Assembly (NCBI GenBank): GCA_965221125.1
Contig: CBDCRW010000003.1
Coordinates: forward strand, 64,001 to 128,000
DNA length: 64,000 nucleotides
Direction: 5' to 3'
DNA from: Alphaproteobacteria bacterium
Lineage (GTDB): Bacteria; Pseudomonadota; Alphaproteobacteria; UBA828
Part shown: one piece after another, positions 46,566 through 58,808 of the stretch
Numbering within the stretch: the stretch's first letter is position 1
How the letters are laid out: every line of letters begins with the position of its first letter
Made by a program: the position numbers and the translations under genes
The notes under the pieces: generated by a model
Seen by the model: only the letters and a program-made list of their open reading frames with translations
What the model was told of the DNA's origin: nothing
The model's database searches: none

Positions 46566-47924
46566 CTACGCGGCGGGCGCGCTTGCGGCCGCGAGCACGT
46601 CGCCGACCAGATAGAGCGAGCCGCACACCAGGATGCGGCCGGGCCGCTCCACCCCTTCCGTGAGGCGTGCAACTGCGGCGTCGACGCCGGCGTCCGTCTC
46701 GCAGGCAATGCCGAGGGCGTGCGCTGCAGCGCGGATATCCTCGGGCGCCGCGCTTGCGGCCTGACCGGGGATCGGCACAGCCGCCACGCGCCGCGCGAAG
46801 GGCGCGAGAGGACGCAAAAAATCCGTGGGCGGCCGCGTGTTCAGCATGCCGACGACGAGGTCGAGAGGCCGATCCGCCCAGTCTTCGGCGACGCGGGCGA
46901 GCGCGAGCGCCGCCGCCGCGTTGTGGCCGCCGTCGACCCAGAATTCCCAGCCCCCGGCGAGGCCGGGCCAGGGGACGTGCTGAAGCCTGCCCGGCCAGCG
47001 CGCCTCCCGGAGTCCCTCGGCAACGGCCGCATCGCCGATGTCGAAGCCGGGCACGAGCCGCGCGCAGACGGCGGCGAGCGCCGCATTCTCGACCTGGTGA
47101 TCGCCGGCGAGCGCCGGCAGCGGGTAGCGGCCCTCGCCCAGGGCGTCCTGCACCGTCAGGTGCGATGCGGAGCGCTCGAACGTCCACTCGCGCCCGAGTC
47201 GCGCAAGCGGGGCGCCTGCACCGCCGGCGACCCGCTCGATGGCCGCATCGGCCTCCGCCTCCTGGCGTCCGATCACGCCGGTGACGCCCTGCTTCAGGAT
47301 CCCCGCCTTCTCGGCGGCGATGAGGGGGAGCGTCTCGCCCAGGTAGTGGGTGTGGTCGATGGAGACAGGAGTAATCACGGTGAGCGCGGGCCGGGCGATC
47401 ACGTTGGTGGCGTCGAGCCGGCCGCCGAGCCCGACCTCCAGCACCAGGATGTCGGCGGGTGTCTGCCTGAAGGCATGGAACGCCGCCGCCGTGGTGATCT
47501 CGAAGTAGGTGATGGGCGCGCCGTCGTTGACCGCCTCGCAGTGGGCGAGGCACGCGCGCAGCGCGTCCTCGGCGATGGGCACGCCGCCCAGCCTGATGCG
47601 CTCGGCGAAGCGGACGAGGTGCGGCGAGACGTAGCTGTTCACCCGGTAGCCGGCGGCGCGCAGCATGGCGTCGAGAAAGGCGACGACGCTGCCCTTGCCG
47701 TTGGTGCCGGCGACGTGGATCACCGGCGGCATGGCGCGCTCCGGGTTGCCGAGCGCGTCGAGCAGCCGCGTCATGCGGCCGAGCGAGAGGTCGATGGCCT
47801 TGGGATGGAGGTCGAGCAGCCGCGCGAGGATCGCGTCGCTCTCGCGCGGTGCCACCCGGTCCGGCACGCCGCTCACGTCACCCTGCAGGAAGAGATTTTT
47901 CGGGTGCGATGGAGCGTCCGTCAC
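46566..47924 (-). CDS. folC: Folylpolyglutamate synthase/dihydrofolate synthase
   Basis: HVAGTNGKGS, SPHLVRF.ERI, EVGLGGRLDATN, WPGRLQ, DGGHN, GSLYL. Confidence 0.95.
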   Translation of the reverse strand: MTDAPSHPKNLFLQGDVSGVPDRVAPRESDAILARLLDLHPKAIDLSLGRMTRLLDALGNPERAMPPVIHVAGTNGKGSVVAFLDAMLRAAGYRVNSYVSPHLVRFAERIRLGGVPIAEDALRACLAHCEAVNDGAPITYFEITTAAAFHAFRQTPADILVLEVGLGGRLDATNVIARPALTVITPVSIDHTHYLGETLPLIAAEKAGILKQGVTGVIGRQEAEADAAIERVAGGAGAPLARLGREWTFERSASHLTVQDALGEGRYPLPALAGDHQVENAALAAVCARLVPGFDIGDAAVAEGLREARWPGRLQHVPWPGLAGGWEFWVDGGHNAAAALALARVAEDWADRPLDLVVGMLNTRPPTDFLRPLAPFARRVAAVPIPGQAASAAPEDIRAAAHALGIACETDAGVDAAVARLTEGVERPGRILVCGSLYLVGDVLAAASAPAA

Positions 47925-48856
47925 TTGGCGCCGGCGGATGCTGCCTCGTTCGTGCGCCGGCCCGCGCCGGGAGCCTTCCCGTGCAGGGCGATCACCTCCG
48001 CCGGGGGCGTCTTGTCGCGCAGCAGCGAGAGCAGCAGCGAGAGGGTCTGGCGCAGCTTGCGGCGATGCACGACCATGTCGACCATGCCGTGATCGCGCAG
48101 GTACTCGGCACGCTGGAAGCCCTCGGGCAGCCGCTCCCGAATCGTCTCCTCGATCACGCGCGGGCCGGCGAAGCCGATGACGGCGCCGGGCTCCGCGATG
48201 GCGATGTCGCCGAGCATGGCGAAGGACGCCGTCACGCCGCCGGTCGTGGGGTTCGTGAGCAGGACGATGTAGGGCACGCCCGCTTCCTTCAGCTCGTCCA
48301 CGGCGATGGTGGTGCGCGCCATCTGCATCAGCGAGAGCACGCCCTCCTGCATCCGCGCGCCGCCCGAGGACGGAATGACGATCAGGGGGGCCTCCTGCAG
48401 CACGGCGAGCCGCGCGGCCGCCAGCAGGCTCTCGCCGACGGCGGTGCCCATGGAGCCGCCGAGAAAGCCGAAGTCGAACGCCGCAACGACCGCCGGCGCG
48501 GTCCCGATGGTGCCGTGCGCGACCACCATGGCGTCGTCGTGGCCGGTCTTGCTGCGCGCCTCGCGGAGGCGGTCCGCGTAGCGCTTGCGATCGCGAAACC
48601 GCAGCGGGTCCTCGGCCACCGCCGGCAGCTCGATGGTCTTGTAATCCTCGTTGTCGAAGAGCAGCGCGAGGCGCTTGTCGGCGCCGAGCCGCATGTGGTG
48701 ATCGCAGCGCGGGCAGACCCGGAGATTGTTCTCGAGCTCGCGGTGAAAGATCATCTGCTCGCACGCGTCGCACTTCTCCCACAGGTCGTGCGGAATGTCG
48801 GGCTTGCGAAACAGGCCGCTCACCTTGGGGCGCGAGAATCGATCGAGCCAGCTCAC
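47921..48856 (-). CDS. accD: Acetyl-CoA carboxylase carboxyltransferase beta subunit
   Basis: LWEKC..C zinc ribbon, [23 protein letters not shown]. Confidence 0.96.
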   Translation of the reverse strand: MSWLDRFSRPKVSGLFRKPDIPHDLWEKCDACEQMIFHRELENNLRVCPRCDHHMRLGADKRLALLFDNEDYKTIELPAVAEDPLRFRDRKRYADRLREARSKTGHDDAMVVAHGTIGTAPAVVAAFDFGFLGGSMGTAVGESLLAAARLAVLQEAPLIVIPSSGGARMQEGVLSLMQMARTTIAVDELKEAGVPYIVLLTNPTTGGVTASFAMLGDIAIAEPGAVIGFAGPRVIEETIRERLPEGFQRAEYLRDHGMVDMVVHRRKLRQTLSLLLSLLRDKTPPAEVIALHGKAPGAGRRTNEAASAGAK

Positions 48857-49688
48857 GATGCAGCCTCCCGGCGTGCCGCGCGCACGCCTTCGCCGAGCGC
48901 ACGCACCAGCGCGAGCGCGTTGTCGCGGCAGGCCGGCGTGGCCGTGCCGGCCGCGTCCAACCCCTCTTCGATCGCCGTGATAAGCGCGGAGCCGACGACC
49001 GCAGCGTCCGCCACCCGCGCAACCTCTGCCGCTTGCTCCGGCGTCTTGATGCCGAAGCCGACGGCGATGGGGAGCGCCGTGTGGCGCCGCAGCCGCTCCA
49101 CGGCCTGCTGCGTCGCCGCGGCGGCAGCGCCGGCCGCGCCGGTGATCCCGGTGATCGAGATGTAGTAGACGAAGCCGCTGGTGTTGGTGAGAACGGCCGG
49201 CAGGCGGGCATCGTCGGTGGTCGGCGCCGCCAGCCGAATGAAGGAGAGCCCGGCGTCGAGCGCCGGGCGGCACAGCTCGGAGTCTTCCTCGGGCGGCAGG
49301 TCGACCACGATCATGCCGTCGAGGCCTGCTTCCAGCGCATCCGCAAGGAAGCGCTCCACGCCGTAGATGTAGATCGGGTTGTAGTAGCCCATGAGGACCA
49401 GGGGCGTCTCGTCGTCATGCGCGCGGAAGCGCCGCACCAGGCCGAGTGTCTTGCCGAGCGTGATGCCGGCAGCCAGCGCCCGCTGGCCCGCGCGCTGGAT
49501 GACCGGCCCGTCGGCCATCGGATCGGTGAAGGGCGAGCCGATCTCGATCACGTCGGCGCCCGCGTCCGCGAGCCCTTCGAGGATGGCGTAGGAGGTCTCG
49601 ATGTCCGGGTCGCCCATCATCGTGAAGGTGACGAGCCCGGCGCGGCCCTCCCCCTCAAGCGCGGCGAAGCGCCGCTCGATGCGCCCGC

Positions 49689-49692
<4 letters not shown>
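48853..49692 (-). CDS. trpA: Tryptophan synthase alpha chain
   Basis: [30 protein letters not shown]. Confidence 0.96.
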
Positions 49693-50896
<1,204 letters not shown>

Positions 50897-50900
<4 letters not shown>

Positions 50901-51571
50901 GCCGTGGCCTCTCGTGCGACTGGCCTATCCGCCGCCGCAACCGCGGCGAGGAAGGCGCCGATCTTCTCCGGGTCCTTGCGTCCCGGCGCCGCCTCGATGC
51001 CGGACGAGACATCGACGGCGCCGGCGCCGGTGATCCTGATCGCCTCGCCGACGTTCCCGGCATCCAGCCCGCCGGAGAGAATCCAGCCGGTGGACGGCGG
51101 CGGCGCGGCCTGGAACAGCCGCCAGTCGAAGGTCCGCGCGTTGCCGCCGGGCCGGGTGTCGTCCGCCGTCGCCTTGGCGTCGAACAGGATCAGGTCGGCG
51201 CCCTCGCCGTAGTCTTGGGCACGTTCGATGTCAGACGCCTGGGACACGCTGATCGCCTTGATGATGCGGCAGCCGGTGCGCGCGCGAATGGCCGCTGCCC
51301 GCGCCGGGCTCTCGTTTCCGTGGAGCTGGATATAGTCGAGTCGCACCGCGGAGAGAATACCGTCGAGGAACGCGTCCTCCGGATTGACGACGACGCCGAC
51401 GCTCGCAATGTCTTCGGGCAGGCCCGCGCCAAGCGCCGCAGCCCGGCCAGGTGCCACGTTGCGCGGCGAGGGCGGAAAGAACACGAAGCCCAGGAACCGC
51501 GCGCCGCCGGCCAGCGCCGCTTCGACGGCGGCGCGGTCGCTCAATCCACATGTTTTCACGGCGACGGGCAT
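50897..51571 (-). CDS. trpF: Phosphoribosylanthranilate isomerase
   Basis: VKTCGL, QLHGNE, FDW, DVSSGIE. Confidence 0.95.
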
Positions 51572-51655
51572 GGCCCCTACCCTTACCCGGATTTCGCACC
51601 GCGGTCACGGGCCGCGGTCGCGGCCCGTCGCGGGTCCGTCGAAGACGGACGCGCT

Positions 51656-52012
51656 CTACGCCAGATCCTTGGGCGTCAGCGATGCGGGCGACGCTGCGGG
51701 GACCGCCGCCCGCTGCCCGCGCACGGCCTCGTCGAGCTGCTTGCGCGTGCCCGCCAGCTCCTGCTCGAGCGCGCGCGCACGCCGCCGGCCGCGGCGCGCC
51801 ATGCGGCGCACCTTGTGGTCGAGCAGCCAGCGAACCAGCGCGCCGGAGAGGAACCCCACCACCAGGGCGCCGACGACCAGAGCCCAGATCGGGATATCGA
51901 GCCTGTAGGGGAACGGCGCGACGCTGATCTCGACCGGGCCGCGATTGGCCACGGCGAAGGCGATGACGACGACCGCCACCGCCGCCGCGATTGCCCAGGC
52001 GAGTAGTCTCAT
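51656..52012 (-). CDS. lapA: LapA family membrane protein
   Basis: FAVANR, two TM, coiled-coil tail; downstream of ihfB. Confidence 0.8.
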   Translation of the reverse strand: MRLLAWAIAAAVAVVVIAFAVANRGPVEISVAPFPYRLDIPIWALVVGALVVGFLSGALVRWLLDHKVRRMARRGRRRARALEQELAGTRKQLDEAVRGQRAAVPAASPASLTPKDLA

Positions 52013-52107
52013 GGATAGGCTCTCGTGCGCCGCGTCGTGCGGCCCGTCACCTGCGCGATCCGGCGATCATGCTCCCGGACCGCCGCGCGCCCCGCCAGCC
52101 GGGCCGC

Positions 52108-52395
52108 CTATTCGCTGTTGAGCCGCTCGCGCAGCTCCTTGCCGGTCTTGAAGAACGGCAGGAATTTCCGGTCCACCCGGACCGCAGCGCCGGTGCGCGG
52201 ATTGCGGCCGACCCGCGCCGCACGCGGACGGACCGAGAACGCGCCGAAGCCGCGAAGCTCGACCCGGTCGCCTTGCGCGAGCGCATCGCTGATCTCGGTG
52301 AAGACCCGGTTCACCACGCGCTGATAGTCGCGGTGGTAGAGGTGCTGATCGGCGTGCTTTTCCGCCAGTAGCTGAATGAGCTCGGACTTGGTCAT
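52108..52395 (-). CDS. ihfB: Integration host factor beta subunit
   Basis: [38 protein letters not shown]. Confidence 0.96.
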   Translation of the reverse strand: MTKSELIQLLAEKHADQHLYHRDYQRVVNRVFTEISDALAQGDRVELRGFGAFSVRPRAARVGRNPRTGAAVRVDRKFLPFFKTGKELRERLNSE

Positions 52396-52461
52396 GCTGG
52401 AGATACTCCGCCGGCCAGAGGCTCCCGGCTCGCGTGCTCGAACGCCAAGAGCGTCATCGTT

Positions 52462-53373
52462 TCAGTCCGTTACCTGAGGGTGCCAAACGGCGATGAGACC
52501 GTCAAGGGCGAGCGTCCGCGCCGGCAGGGTGCTCTCGAGCGCTGCATCGATGACGTCGAGCAGGCCGTCCTCGCCGCCGCTCACCACGTCGGTGGCCGGA
52601 ATGGTCTCCGATACGCCGTGCTCGACTGCGAGCCACGCGCGTGCCTCCTCCTCGCCGCCGATGGCATCGACGAGGCCGGCGTCTACCGCCTGTGAGCCGG
52701 TGAACACGCGCCCGTCGGCCAGCGTCAGCGCCGTCTCGCGGTCGAGGGAGCGGCGCTCCATCACCAGGCGCAGGAAGGACTCGTAGATGTCCGTCACCAC
52801 GGTCCGCATGGCACGGCGGGTGGGATTGTCCAGCTCCTCGAAGGGCGTGGGCTTCGCCTTCAGCGGCCCGCTGCGGATCGCTTCCGCGCGCACGCCGATC
52901 TCTTCCAGCAGCGCGGTGAACTCGGCGGTCTGGAACAGGACGCCGATGGAGCCCGTCAGCGTCGCCTCGCGGGCGACGATGCGGTCCGCAGCGAGCGCCG
53001 CCATGTACGCCGCCGAGGTCGCGGTGGTGCCGAGAACGGCGACGACGGGCTTGGCCCCGGCCAAGGAACGCAGGCTGAGATAGAGCGCCTCGCCACCGAC
53101 CGCCGTGCCGCCGGCGGAGTCAAGCCGCAGCACGACCGCCCTGACGGCATCGTCCTCCCGGAGATCGGCAATGAGGCGGTCGCGGGCGGGATCGTCCTCG
53201 ATCAGCCCGGTCACCCAGAGCCGGGCCACGCGCTCGCCGCCCTCAAGAGCAAATGGGGCGGCCGCCACCAGCGCCAGAGCGACGAGTGCTGCGACGGCGA
53301 GGGCACGCCAGACGGCGACGCCCCGCTTGAGGCGGCGGCGGTCGAGCAACCTGTCGGGATCCAGGCTCGCCAT
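52462..53373 (-). CDS. sppA: Signal peptide peptidase SppA (S49)
   Basis: DSAGG, SAAY, TGSIGV, DGRVFTG. Confidence 0.92.
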   Translation of the reverse strand: MASLDPDRLLDRRRLKRGVAVWRALAVAALVALALVAAAPFALEGGERVARLWVTGLIEDDPARDRLIADLREDDAVRAVVLRLDSAGGTAVGGEALYLSLRSLAGAKPVVAVLGTTATSAAYMAALAADRIVAREATLTGSIGVLFQTAEFTALLEEIGVRAEAIRSGPLKAKPTPFEELDNPTRRAMRTVVTDIYESFLRLVMERRSLDRETALTLADGRVFTGSQAVDAGLVDAIGGEEEARAWLAVEHGVSETIPATDVVSGGEDGLLDVIDAALESTLPARTLALDGLIAVWHPQVTD

Positions 53374-53434
53374 CTCCTCCCGGACCGTGGCCTAGACGCC
53401 GAGCGTCATGGCGCGGAGCACCTCGGTGCCCGCC

Positions 53435-55192
53435 CTAACTCTCCTCGGGCGCGTCCTTCTCTTCTTCTGCCGTACGCGCCGCCTCTTCCTGAGTCTTGCG
53501 GTCGAGCGCGGCGCCCAGGATATCGCCAAGGCTGGCGCCGCTGTCGGTCGAGCCGTACTCCGCCATCGCCTGCTTCTCCTCCTGGACCTCCAGGGCCTTG
53601 ATGGAGAGCGAGACACGGCGGTTGTTGCGGTCGATCTGCAGCACCTTGGCATCCACCTTGTCGCCCGGCGCGAAGCGCGAGGGGCGCTGCTCGTCGCGGT
53701 CGCGCGCAAGCTCCGAGCGCTTGATGTCGCCGGGGAGCGAGCCGAAGATCTCGACCTCGACGCTGTGGTCGTGCACCGCGGTGACGGTGCAGGTCACGGT
53801 CTTGCCGCGACGGCCTTCCGCACCCTGGAAGGGATCGTCGTCGAGCTGCTTCAGGCCGAGGCCGATGCGCTCCTTCTCGACGTCGACGGTCAGCACCTTG
53901 GCCTTGACCTCGTCGCCCTTGCGGAACTTCTTCAGGGCCTCCTCGCCGGGCGTCAGCCAATCCAGGTCGGAGAGGTGCGCCATGCCGTAGATCTCGCCGG
54001 GCAGCTCGATGAAGAGGCCGAACTCGGTGATGTTCTTGATCTCGCCCTCGACGACCGTGCCCTCGGGGTGGGTCTCGGCGAAGACGATCCAGGGGTTGTC
54101 CAGGCACTGCTTGAGGCCCAGGCTCACGCGGCGCTTCTCGGGATCGACGTCGAGCACCATCACCTCGACCTCCTGGCTGGTCGAGATGATCTTGCCGGGG
54201 TGCACGTTCTTCTTGGTCCAGCTCATCTCGGAGACGTGGACCAGGCCCTCCACGCCCGGCTCGAGCTCCACGAAGGCGCCGTAATCGGTGATGTTCGTCA
54301 CCCGCCCGGTGAACTTCGTCCTGACCGGGTACTTGGCCTCGACGCCCTCCCACGGGTCGGCCTCGAGCTGCTTCATGCCGAGCGAGATGCGTTGTGTCTC
54401 CGGGTTGAAGCGGATGACCTGGACGTTGACCGTCTGCCCGATCTGGAGCGCGTCCGCCGGGTGGTTGACGCGCCGCCACGAAATGTCGGTCACGTGCAGC
54501 AGGCCGTCGACACCGCCGAGATCGACGAAGGCGCCGTAGTCGGTGATGTTCTTGACCACGCCTTCGAGCACCTGCCCCTCGTGCAGGTTCGCGATCAGCT
54601 CGTTGCGCTGCTCGGCGCGGGTGTCTTCGAGGACCGCGCGGCGGGAGACGACGATGTTGCCGCGGCGGCGGTCCATCTTGAGGATCTGGAAGGGCTGATC
54701 CGTGCCGACCAGCGGCGCGATGTCGCGCACCGGACGGATGTCGACCTGGCTGCCGGGCAGGAACGCGACGGCGCCGTCGAGGTCGACCGTGAAGCCGCCC
54801 TTGACCCGGCCGAAGATGACGCCGGTGACCCGCTCGCCGTCCTTGTAGGCCTGCTCGAGCTTCTCCCACGCCTCTTCGCGGCGTGCGCGCTCGCGGCTGA
54901 GCGAAGCCTCGCCGCGCGCGGTCTCGAAGCGCTCGATGTAGACCTCGACCTCGTCGCCGACCTTCACCTCGGCCGCCTGTCCGGGCGCCGCGAATTCCTT
55001 GAGCGGCACGCGGCCCTCGACCTTGAGCCCGACGTCGATCAGGGCCGCGTCGTTCTCGATCGCGAGAATGGTGCCCTTGACGACGCCGCCCTCGAAGCGG
55101 GGCGTGTCGTCCAGGAACTCGTCGAGCATGTCGGAGAAGGTCTCCTTGGCGGCGGTCGCCTGCTCGGTCGCTTGTGTGGTCTCGGCCGTCAT
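53435..55192 (-). CDS. rpsA: 30S ribosomal protein S1
   Basis: Repeated S1 domains; AFLPGSQVD, NITDYGAFVDLGG. Confidence 0.97.
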   Translation of the reverse strand: MTAETTQATEQATAAKETFSDMLDEFLDDTPRFEGGVVKGTILAIENDAALIDVGLKVEGRVPLKEFAAPGQAAEVKVGDEVEVYIERFETARGEASLSRERARREEAWEKLEQAYKDGERVTGVIFGRVKGGFTVDLDGAVAFLPGSQVDIRPVRDIAPLVGTDQPFQILKMDRRRGNIVVSRRAVLEDTRAEQRNELIANLHEGQVLEGVVKNITDYGAFVDLGGVDGLLHVTDISWRRVNHPADALQIGQTVNVQVIRFNPETQRISLGMKQLEADPWEGVEAKYPVRTKFTGRVTNITDYGAFVELEPGVEGLVHVSEMSWTKKNVHPGKIISTSQEVEVMVLDVDPEKRRVSLGLKQCLDNPWIVFAETHPEGTVVEGEIKNITEFGLFIELPGEIYGMAHLSDLDWLTPGEEALKKFRKGDEVKAKVLTVDVEKERIGLGLKQLDDDPFQGAEGRRGKTVTCTVTAVHDHSVEVEIFGSLPGDIKRSELARDRDEQRPSRFAPGDKVDAKVLQIDRNNRRVSLSIKALEVQEEKQAMAEYGSTDSGASLGDILGAALDRKTQEEAARTAEEEKDAPEES

Positions 55193-55300
55193 ATGATCTC
55201 CAGCATTGGCGGCGGGCGCCTTCGCGCTAGGCTTGTCGGGCGCGCGCCGCGGTCGTTGATGGGTGAACGCGTCCCGCGGGGCGGGTCTCGATACCCGTCG

Positions 55301-55957
55301 CTACAGGTGAGAAAGACGCGCATCGACGATGGCCACCGCCTGCTCGAACACGTCGTCGGGTCCGAGCGCAGTGGTATCGATCCGACATGCGTCTGCCGCC
55401 GGCTTCATCGGTGCGGCGCTGCGCCGACGGTCGCGGGCGTCGCGGGCGATTATTTCATCCAAGACGCGAGATTCTATACTCTCCACGCCGCGTGACCGCA
55501 ACTCACAAAGGCGGCGGGCAGCGCGGACTTCGGCGGTGGCCTCGAGGTAGAACTTCACCTGCGCATCGGGGCAGACGACCGTGCCGATGTCGCGGCCGTC
55601 GAGCACGGCGCCCGGCGGACGGGCCGCGAACGCGCGCTGATAGCCGAGCAGGGCCCGGCGCACGGCGCCATGCGCGGCCACGACCGAGGCGGCCTGGCCG
55701 ACATCCTCGTTGCGGAGCGCCGGGTCGCCCAAATCATCGTCGGTGATCCCGTTCGCCGCGGCTTCTGCCTCCGCCTCCGCCGCCGGGTCGCCGCCCGACC
55801 GCAGGACCCGCAGCGCCGTGGCGCGGTAGAGCGCGCCGGTGTCGAGGTGGTGCAGCCCATAATGCGCTGCCAGGCGGCGCGCGAGGGTGCCCTTGCCCAC
55901 CGCCGCCGGCCCGTCGACCGCGATCACCAGCGGCGGCGCAGGATCACCCGGCGGCAA
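55301..55957 (-). CDS. cmk: Cytidylate kinase
   Basis: DGPAAVGKGT, DTGALYR, DGRDIGTVV. Confidence 0.95.
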   Translation of the reverse strand: MPPGDPAPPLVIAVDGPAAVGKGTLARRLAAHYGLHHLDTGALYRATALRVLRSGGDPAAEAEAEAAANGITDDDLGDPALRNEDVGQAASVVAAHGAVRRALLGYQRAFAARPPGAVLDGRDIGTVVCPDAQVKFYLEATAEVRAARRLCELRSRGVESIESRVLDEIIARDARDRRRSAAPMKPAADACRIDTTALGPDDVFEQAVAIVDARLSHL

Positions 55958-57269
55958 TCGCGGCTCCCAGGGCGTTCATGTCGACGACGAAGCCCGGATA
56001 GCTCGTGCCGATCATGGTGCCGTCATCCACGGTCATCGGCTTCTCGCTCGCCATGCCGAGGACGAGGAACGCCATGGCGATGCGGTGATCGAGGTGGGTC
56101 GCGACGAGGCCGCCGCCGGGCGGCGGGCCGCCGCAGCCGACGATGTCGAGCCCGTCGTCGCGCTCCGTCACGCTCACGCCCGCCGCGCGAAGGCCGGAAG
56201 CGGTCGCGCCCAGCCTGTCGCTCTCCTTGACCCGGAGCTCGGCGAGGCCGTTGAGCCGCGTGGTGCCCGAAGCGCAGGCGGCGACGACGCTCAGGATGGG
56301 GTACTCGTCGATCATGCGGGGCGCCCGCTCGGCCGGCACGTCGACCGCGCGCAAGCGGCCGGCGCGCACCGCGATATCGGCGACCGGCTCGCCCGCCTGC
56401 TCGCGCAGGGAGCCCATCTCGACCTGCGCGCCCATCTCGCGCAGCGTCTCCAGCAGGCCGATCCGGGCCGGATTGATTCCCACGTTCGGGATCACGAGGT
56501 CGGAGCCCGGCACGATCAGCGCGGCGGCGAGCGGAAAGGCCGCAGCGCTCGGGTCGCCCGGCACGGTGAGCGTGCACGGCGCAAGCTCCGGATAGCCGGC
56601 AACCGATATCACGGTGCTGCCGTCCGTCTCGGTCTCGACGCCGACCCGCGCGCCGAAGAGACGCAGCAAGCGCTCGGTGTGATCGCGGCTCGCTGCGGAC
56701 TCGACCACCCGCGTCTCGCCGGGCGCGTTGAGGCCGGCGAGCAGCACCGCCGACTTCACCTGCGCGGACGGCATGGGCAGCCGGTACTCGATCGGCAGCG
56801 GATGCCGGGCGCCGATCAGCGCAAGCGGCAGTCGGCCGCCACCGCTCGCCACGAACTGCGCGCCCATCCGCTCCAGCGGCTCGATGATCCGCCCCATGGG
56901 CCGCCGCCGGAGCGAGCGGTCGCCGGTCATGAAGGTCGTGAACCCGTGGCTCGCGCAGATGCCCGCAAGCAGGCGCACGGCGGTCCCGGAATTGCCGAGG
57001 TCGAGCACGGTGCCGGGCTCGGCCAGCCCGCCGACGCCGACGCCCTGTACGCGCCAGAGGCCGTCGTCGGTCCGCTCGATGGCCGCCCCGAGAGCGCGAA
57101 GCGCAAGCGCCGTCGCCAGCACGTCTTCGCCTTCGAGCAGGCCGCTGGCACGGGTCTCGCCCACCGCGAGCGCGCCCAGCATCAGCACGCGGTGGGAGAT
57201 GGACTTGTCGCCGGGCACGGCGCAGGTCCCCGTCAACGGGCCGGCAGCGGACGAAATCAGGGGATTCAC
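55944..57269 (-). CDS. aroA: EPSP synthase (class II)
   Basis: PGDKSISHR, GNSGT, SAQVKS, RDHTE, KESDR, DHRIAM; GTG at 57269. Confidence 0.96.
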   Translation of the reverse strand: MNPLISSAAGPLTGTCAVPGDKSISHRVLMLGALAVGETRASGLLEGEDVLATALALRALGAAIERTDDGLWRVQGVGVGGLAEPGTVLDLGNSGTAVRLLAGICASHGFTTFMTGDRSLRRRPMGRIIEPLERMGAQFVASGGGRLPLALIGARHPLPIEYRLPMPSAQVKSAVLLAGLNAPGETRVVESAASRDHTERLLRLFGARVGVETETDGSTVISVAGYPELAPCTLTVPGDPSAAAFPLAAALIVPGSDLVIPNVGINPARIGLLETLREMGAQVEMGSLREQAGEPVADIAVRAGRLRAVDVPAERAPRMIDEYPILSVVAACASGTTRLNGLAELRVKESDRLGATASGLRAAGVSVTERDDGLDIVGCGGPPPGGGLVATHLDHRIAMAFLVLGMASEKPMTVDDGTMIGTSYPGFVVDMNALGAAIAAG

Positions 57270-57446
57270 TTCGGACTCTCCGGCGCAATCCTCGCGGCGC
57301 GCGCGTGCCATGAGCATGGCGTCTCTAGCACAGCGCGCCTACGCGTCAAGCAGCGCAATTTCAATCGAAAAATCGCTTTGACAGAAAAGTGTCAAACTGG
57401 CATTGGCGACGGCCAAGACTGGAACAATAAGAACGGAGGCGGGGGC

Positions 57447-57770
57447 GTGGCAAAGCGGGAATGGGGCGCCAAGCACACCTGTGTGAACTGCGGCGCGAAA
57501 TTCTACGACTTGCAGCGAAATCCGATCGCCTGTCCGAAGTGCGGCACCGAGGTCGTGGTGGAGACGGCGCGGCCGAGCCGCCGCCGTGCGCCGGCGCAGC
57601 CGGAAGTAGCGCCACCCGCCGCACCGGAAGCCACTGTCGCGGAGACCGCCGACGAAGCCTCCGATGACGACGACACCGATGAGCTGATCGACGACATCGA
57701 CAGGGACGACGATGACGACGATCTGGTCGAGGACGTCGACACCGCCAAGACCGCGCAGCCCGAACCTTGA
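57447..57770 (+). CDS. TIGR02300 (FYDLN-acid) family protein
   Basis: WG.K..C..C..KFYDL....CPKCG plus acidic tail; divergent from aroA. Confidence 0.9.
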   Translation: MAKREWGAKHTCVNCGAKFYDLQRNPIACPKCGTEVVVETARPSRRRAPAQPEVAPPAAPEATVAETADEASDDDDTDELIDDIDRDDDDDDLVEDVDTAKTAQPEP

Positions 57771-57866
57771 CCCGCGGCCGACCCTGGCTAATTGTTGTTT
57801 GATCTTGCGTCTCGAACGGCGGAACGCCTAGGGTCCATTCCGCCGCGCGGCGGAATCGGAATTGCG

Positions 57867-57942
<76 letters not shown>

Positions 57943-57967
57943 TTCCGGCCGCAGGGGTAGCGCTACC

Positions 57968-58657
57968 GTGAGCGCGCAGAAGACCATCCTGATCGTCGAC
58001 GACGACCAGGCCCTGCGGCAGTCCCTCGCCGAACAGCTGCAGATGTACGAGGAGTTCGTGGCCAGCGAGTCGGCGACCGGGCGCGCGGCGCTCCAGGCCG
58101 TGAAGGAAGAGCGCTTCGATCTCATTCTGCTGGACATCGGCCTGCCCGACATGGACGGCCGGGAGATCTGCAAGCTCATGCGCCGCAGCGGCGTCGCCGT
58201 GCCGATCATCATGCTGACGGCCGCCGACAGCGAGGCGGACACCATCCTCGGCCTCGATTCCGGCGCGAACGACTACGTCACCAAGCCCTTCCGGCTCGGC
58301 GCGCTGCTCGCGCGCATTCGCGCCCATCTGCGCCAGCACGAGCACAGCGAGGACGCGACCTTCACGATCGGCGAGTACAGCTTCAAGCCCGCGTCGAAGC
58401 TGCTGGTCCGGCCGGACGGCACAGGCAAGATCCGCCTGACGGAGAAGGAAGCAGCGATCCTCAAGTACCTCTACCGGGCGCGCGACCGGGTGATTTCCCG
58501 CGAGGTGCTGCTGAGCGAGGTGTGGGGCTACAACGCCAACGTCGCGACCCACACGCTTGAGACGCACATCTATCGCCTGCGGCAGAAGATCGAGCCCGAG
58601 CCGTCGGCGCCCAAGCTGCTGCTCACCGAGGGCGGCGGCTACCGACTGGCCTCCTGA
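57968..58657 (+). CDS. OmpR-family response regulator (CenR-like)
   Basis: VDDD..LR..LAEQL...EEF, GANDYVTKPF, LTEKE, VWGYN...THTLETHIYRLRQKIE. Confidence 0.88.
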   Translation: MSAQKTILIVDDDQALRQSLAEQLQMYEEFVASESATGRAALQAVKEERFDLILLDIGLPDMDGREICKLMRRSGVAVPIIMLTAADSEADTILGLDSGANDYVTKPFRLGALLARIRAHLRQHEHSEDATFTIGEYSFKPASKLLVRPDGTGKIRLTEKEAAILKYLYRARDRVISREVLLSEVWGYNANVATHTLETHIYRLRQKIEPEPSAPKLLLTEGGGYRLAS

Positions 58658-58696
58658 TCGAGAAGTTCCCACAATCGGGCACCACGTTCCCCTTCC

Positions 58697-58792
58697 CCGT
58701 CATGGCCGGGCTTGTTCCGGCCATCCACGCGTCCGCCAACCCCCGGCGGAACTGGCAGAGGGGGATGCCCGGATCAAGTCCGGGCATGACGG
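58697..58792. repeat. REP-like palindromic doublet
   Basis: CCGTCATGGCCGGGCTTGTTCCGGCCATCC ... GGATGCCCGGATCAAGTCCGGGCATGACGG between convergent genes. Confidence 0.8.
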
Positions 58793-58808
58793 CGCTTTGG
58801 GTAGAATT

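Noticed and set aside
51572-51655. pyrF missing between lapA and trpF
   Set aside because: Gene order here varies among Alphaproteobacteria and no remnant is visible.
58697-58792. Novel structured RNA
   Set aside because: Matches the common alphaproteobacterial GTCATGGCCGGG REP-like doublet; kept only as a repeat feature.
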